Positions 15,400 to 22,870 of a stretch of 24,000 bases of DNA are shown one piece after another (position 1 is the first letter of the stretch; every line of letters begins with the position of its first letter). A program made the translations under genes and the position numbers. Where the stretch lies: the NCBI GenBank assembly GCA_017515985.1, contig JAFWDV010000017.1, positions 2,076-26,075 on the forward strand. The letters run 5' to 3'. The stretch comes from Clostridia bacterium (GTDB lineage: Bacteria; Bacillota; Clostridia; TANB77; CAG-508). The notes beneath the pieces were generated by a model. That model was not told the DNA's origin and made no database searches. It saw only the letters and a program-made list of their open reading frames with translations.

Positions 15400-15416
15400 C
15401 TATTAATATTATATAT

Positions 15417-15445
15417 ATTTTAATATAAAAAATACATCCAGTCAA
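15417..15445 (-). promoter_or_regulatory. sigma-A type promoter heading the repeat/PBECR4 locus
   Basis: Minus strand TTGACT (15445-15440), 17 nt, TAAAAT (15422-15417). Confidence 0.45.
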
Positions 15446-15556
15446 GCCATAAAGGTTTGATTTTGGTGCATTTTCGTATGACATTTTTCGACACTTAATA
15501 ATACAAAAGCACCATAATATTTAATACACACTTTATAAATACTCTTACCATGCCAA

Positions 15557-16282
15557 CTAATACCCGACTGCAGTTGCTCCATATTCTGCCTGGCTAGCTG
15601 TAAAGCCCTCATATTTTAGCTGATCTATTAAACCGCTTCTTGAAAAAGACATAAGATCTAAATACGATTTAGCTTTCTTAGCAGCTTGCTCATTCCAGTC
15701 TGCTCCACTATTTGCAGCACCATACTCTGCCTCTTCTTTTGAAAACCCTTCGTATTCAAGTTGTCCAACTAATCCTTTTTCAGAAAATGCCATAACTTTT
15801 AAATACTGTTTGGCTTTTGCTACTGCATTTTTCTGACCCATGGTTGTACTATTGTTGGTTGATGTCGTTGGTTCGCTCTTTGTTTGCTCGCTTTTAGAGC
15901 TTTCTTCGTTTTTAGGCTCTGTAGCGGTAACCGTTGATTTTGTCTCACTTTTGCTATTTGATTTTTCTACTTTAGTTGTTTCCTGCTTAGGCTCCTGCTT
16001 ATTATTCTTTTCTTCTTCATTATTGCTCTGATCTGTTGCATTATTATTATTTTCATTTGTTTGTTCAGAATTCTCTTCACCATTTACTTGAGCATATAGC
16101 AAATCATATTGCTGTTTTACATCACTATATTTTGCCTCTAGCTCGTTATAGCTTTGCATCATTTTCTTTTTATCGGAACTATACTTATAATTAAATATCA
16201 AAAAAATTCCAATAAAAATACATGTTATTCCCAATATAATAACCCAAAATAAACTGTTTTTTAAAATATTACTTTTTTTCAT
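15557..16282 (-). CDS. membrane-anchored protein with two C-terminal Ltp-type (host cell surface-exposed lipoprotein) repeats
   Basis: Start at ATG 16282 (MKKSNIL) after AGGAGG. N-terminal TM helix, coiled and low-complexity N/E/K/S/T linker, then a duplicated module AKAKQYLKVMAFSEKGLVGQLEYEGFSKEEAEYG / KKAKSYLDLMSFSRSGLIDQLKYEGFTASQAEYG typical of Pfam Lipoprotein_Ltp. Confidence 0.8.
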   Translation of the reverse strand: MKKSNILKNSLFWVIILGITCIFIGIFLIFNYKYSSDKKKMMQSYNELEAKYSDVKQQYDLLYAQVNGEENSEQTNENNNNATDQSNNEEEKNNKQEPKQETTKVEKSNSKSETKSTVTATEPKNEESSKSEQTKSEPTTSTNNSTTMGQKNAVAKAKQYLKVMAFSEKGLVGQLEYEGFSKEEAEYGAANSGADWNEQAAKKAKSYLDLMSFSRSGLIDQLKYEGFTASQAEYGATAVGY

Positions 16283-16318
16283 AACAAACCTCCTTTTATT
16301 TTTCATTATTGTTTAGTA

Positions 16319-16687
16319 TTATGGTCGACATCTTGAGCATGCATCATAACCTCTTGAAATTGCATTGGATTTACTGATTGCATGACAACTTCTTCTAAGA
16401 TACTGACATCCTGAACGATGATATTTGGACCCTGTATTCGTTATATATACGGTCTGAGAATCTTCATCCTCAAAATTACTATATGTTAGATTATTTTCTT
16501 TCACGGTATTTGAATAATATCTATTTTTACTAGTATTTTCCGACGTATTGTATGTATAACTGTTATTATTATATATTTTATTCTCTTTTTTCGAAGATTG
16601 AAAAGGATTTAATACTGCCAAACATATAAGAGCAACATATACTATTAATCCTATTATTCCACTCCAACCATTACCTCTTTTACCCAT
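16319..16687 (-). CDS. membrane-anchored small protein with C-terminal KYH-x3-C ... C-x2-C metal-binding-type motif
   Basis: 122 aa. TM helix IIGLIVYVALICLAVL, N/S/T/Y-rich linker, C-terminus VYITNTGSKYHRSGCQYLRRSCHAISKSNAISRGYDACSRCRP. Confidence 0.6.
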   Translation of the reverse strand: MGKRGNGWSGIIGLIVYVALICLAVLNPFQSSKKENKIYNNNSYTYNTSENTSKNRYYSNTVKENNLTYSNFEDEDSQTVYITNTGSKYHRSGCQYLRRSCHAISKSNAISRGYDACSRCRP

Positions 16688-16763
16688 ATAGCATTACCTC
16701 TATCTTTTGTGTTATTTTTTTACCTACACACAATTAACATCTTCTTTAATTTATACAATTGAA

Positions 16764-17297
16764 TTACCACTCTAAAATAATTTTGCAATTAGGTTTACCA
16801 TAGAACATATTGTCATAGTATTCCATTTCAATATAGTTACTTCTGTTATTTAAAGCGTAAGCTACAGATGCAGATGTTTTTCTCCCCTTGCTAACTGTTC
16901 CACCATATTTTGTATTTGCTGGATATGCCTCTAATTTATTGTTTTCTTTATCGTATGCATTAAAATTTAAACTACTAACATATAGATCATCTTCATCCGT
17001 AAGATTTTCATATTCATATTCTATTACTATAACTCTATCTGCTTTGGTATCTGAGAAACTATTTCTTTCCTCCGTTTCAGATATATTTGTAATCTTAACA
17101 CGGTATTTTCCATAATCATTTGTTATATATATATCGTCATTTATTCCATATTTAGGTATTTCACTTACTTCTGATACTGTACCATTTGAGTCCGTACTTG
17201 TACTAACATTACCAGAATCCAAAGTGCTACCAACCGCTAACATAAAATAAATAGTACCACACATTAATACACATAATAAATTTCTAATTTTTTTCAT
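16764..17297 (-). CDS. secreted or membrane-anchored protein, possibly DUF4352-like beta-sandwich
   Basis: Start at the ATG 7 nt after GGGGGA. Signal/anchor LLCVLMCGTIYFMLAVG. The remainder is beta-rich (YRVKITNISETEE...VIVIEYEYENLTDEDDLYV). The family call is tentative. Confidence 0.55.
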   Translation of the reverse strand: MKKIRNLLCVLMCGTIYFMLAVGSTLDSGNVSTSTDSNGTVSEVSEIPKYGINDDIYITNDYGKYRVKITNISETEERNSFSDTKADRVIVIEYEYENLTDEDDLYVSSLNFNAYDKENNKLEAYPANTKYGGTVSKGRKTSASVAYALNNRSNYIEMEYYDNMFYGKPNCKIILEW

Positions 17298-17655
17298 AAT
17301 CATTCCCCCAATACTTTTTTTCTATTAAGCATGCAATACATGATGCACAAAAATAAACAATAATGTCTAAATAATCAGATGTGCCATTAACTATATTCTT
17401 ATACTGGCATATTTCAAATAATGCTCCTAATATAACTGTATAAATTGCAGTTACCCAAATATATTTTTGGGTAATTTTTTTCATAAAACACACTACTATA
17501 AAATAAAAACTGATAACCCACAATCCATCTAGTACATAGTTTTTGATTATTGACGATAAATAATTATTCTTTGCCAATACTTTATAGTGATACAAACTGT
17601 AGATTATAACTCCCAGTATTAGTGGTAATACAATAGATACTATTCTTTTACGCAT
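17284..17655 (-). CDS. small polytopic membrane protein (4 predicted TM helices)
   Basis: 123 aa, RBS GAGGAGAA. Hydrophobic segments IVSIVLPLILGVIIYSL, WVISFYFIVVCF, IWVTAIYTVILGALFEI, LDIIVYFCASCIACL. Overlaps the next gene by 14 nt. Confidence 0.6.
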   Translation of the reverse strand: MRKRIVSIVLPLILGVIIYSLYHYKVLAKNNYLSSIIKNYVLDGLWVISFYFIVVCFMKKITQKYIWVTAIYTVILGALFEICQYKNIVNGTSDYLDIIVYFCASCIACLIEKKYWGNDYEKN

Positions 17656-17693
17656 CTTTGTTTCTCCTCTGCATACTTAATTTAATTAATGCT

Positions 17694-17754
17694 ATCAAAA
17701 AATGTCGAAATATGCAATTTAAATCGTATTGCATATTTCGACATTTTTCGACTT
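17694..17754. repeat. 61-nt palindromic repeat, copy 1 (also a bidirectional terminator-like hairpin)
   Basis: atcaaaaaatgtcgaaatatgcaa-12 nt-tgcatatttcgacatttttcgactt. 21-bp perfect stem (17698-17718 / 17728-17748). Its arms are identical to copy 2 at 23713-23773. Confidence 0.9.
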
Positions 17755-17798
17755 TTTATCTATTACAAATTTTATTCTTTTTTATTTTATCGTATTAA

Positions 17799-17933
17799 TT
17801 ATTTCCTTTTTCTTGCCTCTATGGTAGCCTCTATTATTTGCTTTTCAAGTTCCATTTTCTCAAGTTCCTCCGGTGTAAATTCTTCCTCAATTTCTTTTTT
17901 TACATCTTCCCACCTTTTAAAATTCCCCATCAT
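17799..17933 (-). CDS. 44-aa ORF, possibly a truncated N-terminal piece of an XRE-type antitoxin
   Basis: ATG 17933 lies 7 nt after AAGGAG. MMGNFKRWEDVKKEIEEEFTPEELEKMELEKQIIEATIEARKRK resembles the pre-HTH leader segment of some HTH antitoxins, but stops before any HTH. Confidence 0.35.
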   Translation of the reverse strand: MMGNFKRWEDVKKEIEEEFTPEELEKMELEKQIIEATIEARKRK

Positions 17934-18092
17934 ACTCAACTCCTTTTTTATAATCATCCAATAATCTTTTTGCTTTTTCAATTCTTATCTTCGTAAAATT
18001 CTATGTTGTACAATAATTTGCATTATATTTTAAAAAGAATAATATTTTGATATCATTTTATGATATATTTCTTGCAATCCAAATTATAATTT

Positions 18093-18238
18093 AAAAAGCT
18101 TCGCCTCTGTATGTGAGACTAAGCTTTTTAGTGTTAGTTATTTGGTAGGCGTGGCCTTCTCCTACATCTCTCGGGTATATATACCCTATCAGTACCATCG
18201 GCGTGTGGTTGCCACGAAATTTACCACCTCAAATAACT
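18093..18238 (-). ncRNA. candidate structured small RNA (about 145 nt) with its own promoter-like boxes and terminator; class unknown
   Basis: A GC-enriched island in an AT-rich spacer. P1 is AGUUAUUUG..GUGG (18238-18224) with CUAC C AAAUAACU (18149-18136). P2 is CGUGGC/GCCACG. An internal hairpin is GGGUA-UAUA-UACCC. The terminator is gcttagtctc acataca gaggcgaagc plus TTTTT (18129-18093). G.U pairs occur only if it is read on the minus strand. Confidence 0.45.
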
Positions 18239-18390
18239 ACTTCTATTATACTTAAATTATATCATTTTTGTCTATCTTTCTCCAGACAATTTCTTTTAAT
18301 TTTCTGAAAAAAATATCCTATCACAAATTTAGATAAAAATATCATACATATATTATAAACCATTATATAATACAGCTTTATTTCAAATCA

Positions 18391-19791
18391 TTAGTCGGTA
18401 TTACTTATCCATCCTTTCAAAATCTGCACATCTTCGCTGTTGCTATTATCTATATAGCCAAATAAAGTATCCTGAATTCCTTTATATATCTTACATCTGT
18501 AGTTTTCAGGTATTCGTGAAAAAATATTATTTTCTTGAGCCAAATTAGTTACTGGACAAGTACCACAAAATGGCATATATACACATGAATGACACTTATT
18601 TAGACACTCTAAACACGATGAAACACATAGAGCTTTTGTTGTATCCGATTTAACTAAATCGTTATAATTATTCTCAAAAACATTTCCAATTTTAAAGCTA
18701 TCATCACCCATTTCTGATAACATTCTTCCTTCATCACATGTATATACATTTCCATCGTAATAGTATGCCATTTGTCCTATTGCTCCACCACATGGCGACC
18801 TAAGTTCCATATAATTTATAGGTTCATTTGCTAATATTTTCTTCAAAAAAATACAACTGTGTCTCTCAGATATATTTATTCCTTCTTTATTCTTCTCTAT
18901 AATATACGAGAGAATATTTTTATAAAACTCAATAAATTCTTCAGCAGAATAACCTATTTTTTCCCAATTCCTATCCGCCTTTCCCAGTTGAGTCAATGGT
19001 CTTACAAATAGATCTTTAAATCCTAAATTTATATATTCATCTACAATTTCTTTGTATTTATTTAAACTGTACCTAGTTGTTGTTTGTATAGCAGAAACTG
19101 GAATATTATGTTCTTGTAACTGTTTTATTTTTTTGATAGTTTCATTATATGAATCGTTATTTGCATATGGTCTATTTTTATTCTGTAGCTCCCTATTGCC
19201 ATCAATTGATGTACATACAATCAAATTGTTATCTTTAATAAATTGAATCATGTCATCCGTTAGAAGAGTTAGGTTTGATACTAGATTATATTCTATATAT
19301 TTTCCATTAGCATTTTCATTTGCGTATTTTACAATAAATTTAATAACATCAAAATTCAATAATGGCTCTCCACCTTGAAACTCAATGGTAATATACTTAG
19401 TTGGCGATTGAAGAGCAATGTCAACACATCTCTTAGCAGTATCTATATCCATATTAAAGTTTTCTTTTTGTGATAAATTTCCAGCTTGGCAATATACACA
19501 ATTAAAATTACAATTCTTTGTAACTACAATTATATGTAATGCAGTCGGAGTAAATATATAGTTTTTCTGTTTTCTTACTTCCAAATAAGATTTATTGGCA
19601 AAAATTTCAGAATTTTCGTCGTATATAAATCGCTTCTGTATAAGTTGCTCTTTAATATCATTCTCTAGCTCTTCCTTCATCATTAATTTCTTAAAATTAT
19701 CTTTACTCAAGAACTGATATTTACCTAAATCGTTTGTAATTAAATAATTATTTTCACGCTCTTCAAAATTGAAGTAATTTAACTTGTACAT
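18391..19791 (-). CDS. hxsB: His-Xaa-Ser system radical SAM/SPASM maturase (HxsB-like)
   Basis: 466 aa. CNFNCVYCQAG (Cx3Cx2C), FQGGEPLL, Cys-rich SPASM-type C-terminus CGGAIGQMAYYYDGNVYTCDEG ... CLECLNKCHSCVYMPFCGTCP. Genomic context with hxsA/C/D. Confidence 0.8.
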   Translation of the reverse strand: MYKLNYFNFEERENNYLITNDLGKYQFLSKDNFKKLMMKEELENDIKEQLIQKRFIYDENSEIFANKSYLEVRKQKNYIFTPTALHIIVVTKNCNFNCVYCQAGNLSQKENFNMDIDTAKRCVDIALQSPTKYITIEFQGGEPLLNFDVIKFIVKYANENANGKYIEYNLVSNLTLLTDDMIQFIKDNNLIVCTSIDGNRELQNKNRPYANNDSYNETIKKIKQLQEHNIPVSAIQTTTRYSLNKYKEIVDEYINLGFKDLFVRPLTQLGKADRNWEKIGYSAEEFIEFYKNILSYIIEKNKEGINISERHSCIFLKKILANEPINYMELRSPCGGAIGQMAYYYDGNVYTCDEGRMLSEMGDDSFKIGNVFENNYNDLVKSDTTKALCVSSCLECLNKCHSCVYMPFCGTCPVTNLAQENNIFSRIPENYRCKIYKGIQDTLFGYIDNSNSEDVQILKGWISNTD

Positions 19792-19800
19792 ATTAATCTC

Positions 19801-20961
19801 CTATTTTATTGGATTTACTTTTATTTCTTTCATATTAATTGTAGAAAAGAAAAATCCTCCACAATAATCTTTCGCTTTACATTCCATACATTCATCCTTA
19901 AATCTTACTTTGTAATCACTAATGCTCTTCTTAGCAATACTATATAATCTATTATCAATTTTGCACAATGGGAAATTATATAAACTAGTTTGTATTCCAG
20001 CCTTTAATAGTGTTAATACCGGATCAAATAAATAACTTTTTACCTCATCGAAATTTACCCATACATTATCTTTGTTTTTGAATGCATTTCCACTCATCTC
20101 TAAAGCCATAATATTAACAAATTTAACGTTTTTCAGCTCCTTCGCTATAAAAGTAGCTATATTGGATAAATATTTATAGTTTTGCTTTAATACAACAATT
20201 CTAATTTCTATCTCAATATTCCTTTGTAATAAATTCTTTATACCCATAACTGCTTCTTCAAAACTTCCTTCTGCTCGAGTAATACTATCATGTAATATTG
20301 CATTATCCGCATATATTGGAATTGCGATTTGAATCTTTGAAGGTGCATTTTTTACAAATTCGTTTGAAAAATTTATATCTGAAAAAATTCTCCCATTAGA
20401 CAATAACAAAAAATTTGTTTCAGGAAGACATTCTTTACATTCTCTAACAACATCAACTAAACCATACTTTAATATTCCTGGCTCTCCTCCAGTAATGCAT
20501 ATATTTTCCGTATCATCTGGAATACACCTTATTTGTTTTCTTATTTTGTTAATATCTGGCACATAATGATTATTCCTAACTTGGTCTGAATCCGGACACA
20601 TTATACAGTTTGAATTGCATTGATTGGTAACTTGAATAAAATTGTCGCCCGAATCATCTCTATATAGAACCCTAATATATGTATCATCAATCATCTCTAT
20701 AACATCATTGTTTATGAGTGTTTCCACATTTGTAATATCCGTTGCATAATTAATATTATCTAAGTCATATGCTGGTATCCAATCAATAAAAATATATCCC
20801 AAATATCCATCTTCATACAAATCTATATGCTCTTTATCTATTATTTGTATATAATTGGATTTATTATCAGTATTATCATTTTTTACTAATCTTCCAATTA
20901 TGTAATAATCTTCACTTTTAACACTTATTTTTCCTTTTAATATAAATGGTCTATTTTTCAT
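19801..20961 (-). CDS. hxsC: His-Xaa-Ser system radical SAM maturase (HxsC-like)
   Basis: About 386 aa from the ATG 7 nt after GGAGA. CNSNCIMCPD (Cx3Cx2C), ITGGEPG, short C-terminal Cys cluster CMECKAKDYCGG. About 110-aa N-terminal extension before the radical SAM core. Confidence 0.8.
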   Translation of the reverse strand: MKNRPFILKGKISVKSEDYYIIGRLVKNDNTDNKSNYIQIIDKEHIDLYEDGYLGYIFIDWIPAYDLDNINYATDITNVETLINNDVIEMIDDTYIRVLYRDDSGDNFIQVTNQCNSNCIMCPDSDQVRNNHYVPDINKIRKQIRCIPDDTENICITGGEPGILKYGLVDVVRECKECLPETNFLLLSNGRIFSDINFSNEFVKNAPSKIQIAIPIYADNAILHDSITRAEGSFEEAVMGIKNLLQRNIEIEIRIVVLKQNYKYLSNIATFIAKELKNVKFVNIMALEMSGNAFKNKDNVWVNFDEVKSYLFDPVLTLLKAGIQTSLYNFPLCKIDNRLYSIAKKSISDYKVRFKDECMECKAKDYCGGFFFSTINMKEIKVNPIK

Positions 20962-20971
20962 ATACATTCTC

Positions 20972-22009
20972 CTATAGAATTACTTTTATAACTAAATATA
21001 TTGTTGTTCCAACAAAAATAAATGGAGCAAATGGCATATGTCTCACTATTACAATCTGTTTTCTTCCTTTTTTTGTTCTACTCCATCTTTTTATACTATC
21101 AATTTCCGCTTCTGTAATTCTTGAATCTGTAGTTTCTGTTGTCTTTTCTGGTAACCCCTTTACCTTCGATCCATAGAACATTAATATAGTCTCAAAAGCA
21201 AGTATCATACCTGGTTTTAAATCATCAACATTAATTTCTTCATAGTTGTATTTTTCTGATATCTGCCTAAATAAAAATAAAATCAAAACAAGAAAAATCA
21301 TTTTTATGTTAATAGAATATATAACAAATCCATATAAAAAAGTATATATAATATTTAATAATATAGCTATTATCATTATGATTACATAGTTTCTTCGTTT
21401 TGAAACAGCTCTATATAAAAAAGTAATAAATAGCATATTACAAATCAGCAATAGAGCACCATTATATCTATTAAATTCTGGAAAAAATGTGCTTATAATA
21501 TTATTAATCAGCATAATAGAGAAATATGCCGTAAAGTATTGTATGGAAAAGTCTATCCAATTTATTCTAGATAATCTAACCAAAGAAGTTTTTGTAAATT
21601 TTTCTCTATCTTTAATCCATAATATTACGGTTTCAATAGCTACATATATAAAAGCACTACTAAATATCATAATTAATAAAAAAACAGATGGAAATATATT
21701 TTCTTTTGGCGCTTCATATATTGAGAAAGGGATAATGAACGATATAACCCAAAATAACTTTGCATCTCCTGCTGCCCATATTTTAAAATAGTAAAATAAG
21801 AAGGATAGTATCAGTGTTATGATGTTATTTATGATGTGACTAACTATAAATTCTGTTTCAATCTCCTTATAAAATACTATGTATATGCATGAACTAACAG
21901 CCAATGAAACTAGTACAATTTTATTGTATATCTTCTTGCTCTTTATATCTGTTATGGACGCATATACACATAATAAAACAACAATAATACTTTGCAAATA
22001 AACTAACAT
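20972..22009 (-). CDS. A24-family (prepilin peptidase / FlaK / TadV-like) membrane aspartic peptidase with an inserted soluble domain
   Basis: 345 aa, polytopic. First Asp in ASITDIKSKKIYN (D21), second in WAAGDAKLF (D82, GxGD-type). C-terminal MPFAPFIFVG as in prepilin peptidases. A roughly 70-aa hydrophilic insert precedes the last helix. Overlaps hxsD by 7 nt. Confidence 0.7.
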   Translation of the reverse strand: MLVYLQSIIVVLLCVYASITDIKSKKIYNKIVLVSLAVSSCIYIVFYKEIETEFIVSHIINNIITLILSFLFYYFKIWAAGDAKLFWVISFIIPFSIYEAPKENIFPSVFLLIMIFSSAFIYVAIETVILWIKDREKFTKTSLVRLSRINWIDFSIQYFTAYFSIMLINNIISTFFPEFNRYNGALLLICNMLFITFLYRAVSKRRNYVIIMIIAILLNIIYTFLYGFVIYSINIKMIFLVLILFLFRQISEKYNYEEINVDDLKPGMILAFETILMFYGSKVKGLPEKTTETTDSRITEAEIDSIKRWSRTKKGRKQIVIVRHMPFAPFIFVGTTIYLVIKVIL

Positions 22010-22425
22010 TCTTGTCCTCTATTCTTATCAAACCAATTTACAGCAATTTCATTTATATCATGATTTTTGTCATTGTTATCGTAATCAACAGTATTTTCGT
22101 CTGTATCTATACAGGTAGTATATAATGCCCTACCTAAAATTAATTCCCTTATGTTCTTTGTTTGTATCATAATGTCATATCTTAATGACTCGTTAAAAAG
22201 CTCATTATATAACTTTTTAATGTACTCATCTATATTAGTATTCTGATCCTTTAAATATATTTTCACAAGAATAATATTTTCATCAAAATGATCAAGCATA
22301 TAGTAGCAGTCTTCTATATAATTAAAAAGTGCCTTTTTTATAACTACTAAGTTATATATTCTTTCGTCTAAGTATAGCTCAATAAGATTTTCTTCTTTAA
22401 CTATATTAATTTTACTATTATTCAT
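22003..22425 (-). CDS. hxsD: His-Xaa-Ser system accessory protein (HxsD-like)
   Basis: 140 aa, soluble. The segment LYNELFNESLRYDI resembles the LLNDYxLRE motif I recall as the hallmark of the HxsD family. Position between hxsA and the maturases. Confidence 0.55.
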   Translation of the reverse strand: MNNSKINIVKEENLIELYLDERIYNLVVIKKALFNYIEDCYYMLDHFDENIILVKIYLKDQNTNIDEYIKKLYNELFNESLRYDIMIQTKNIRELILGRALYTTCIDTDENTVDYDNNDKNHDINEIAVNWFDKNRGQEC

Positions 22426-22438
22426 TTATTAATCTCCT

Positions 22439-22861
22439 CTATGGCATTGGTGTTTTAAGTGGTATTTGTGGTTCATTAAAGTCTGGAATTGTTTCTACAG
22501 GTTTCGTCGTTGTCACGCTATTATTTGTTGAGTTTCCTGAAGTAATGCCACTATTAGAGCTACTATAATGAGTTGAACTGCTGTTACCATGTGTTGATGA
22601 ACCACTACTATGGCTTTGATGGCTTCGATGACTTTGGTGACTGTAATGTCCTCCGGAACTTCCAGATGAATGTGAAGAATGAGATCTATGCGATGAATGC
22701 GATCTATGGGCTGCCAAAACTTCATCTGCAAATATTATTCCAGCTAATAATACCAATGATCCAACTGTTAATATTTTCCCCCTACTTATATTACCTTCTT
22801 CCTCATATAAGAAATCAGATATTTTTCTATTTACCTTAGATAAAAATTTTTCATTTTCCAT
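22439..22861 (-). CDS. hxsA: His-Xaa-Ser repeat precursor protein (HxsA-like)
   Basis: 140 aa. Charged N-terminus, one hydrophobic helix, then HRS-HSS-HRS-HSS-HSS GSSGG HYS-HQS-HRS-HQS-HSS ... HYS (11 HxS triplets, nt 22562-22708), then an S/T/N-rich and Pro-rich tail. RBS AGGAGG. Confidence 0.8.
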   Translation of the reverse strand: MENEKFLSKVNRKISDFLYEEEGNISRGKILTVGSLVLLAGIIFADEVLAAHRSHSSHRSHSSHSSGSSGGHYSHQSHRSHQSHSSGSSTHGNSSSTHYSSSNSGITSGNSTNNSVTTTKPVETIPDFNEPQIPLKTPMP

Positions 22862-22870
22862 AGATTCCTC

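Noticed and set aside
15840-16100. Apparent nucleotide repetitiveness inside the Ltp-type gene
   Set aside because: It reflects a low-complexity N/E/K/S/T linker in the protein, not a defined tandem DNA repeat.
18136-18238. Assigning the structured RNA candidate to a known class (fluoride, guanidine/ykkC, TPP, c-di-GMP riboswitch, tRNA-like att site)
   Set aside because: Short matches such as CCGAUGG or CCCGAGAG are isolated. None of the family-defining conserved cores (nor a T-loop GGTTCGAATCC) is present, so the class is left open.
22513-22839. Alternative-frame ORFs (72 aa minus, 88 aa plus) over the hxsA repeat region
   Set aside because: The repetitive His/Ser codons keep several frames open. 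Only the 22439-22861 frame has an AGGAGG RBS and yields the HxS repeat protein.
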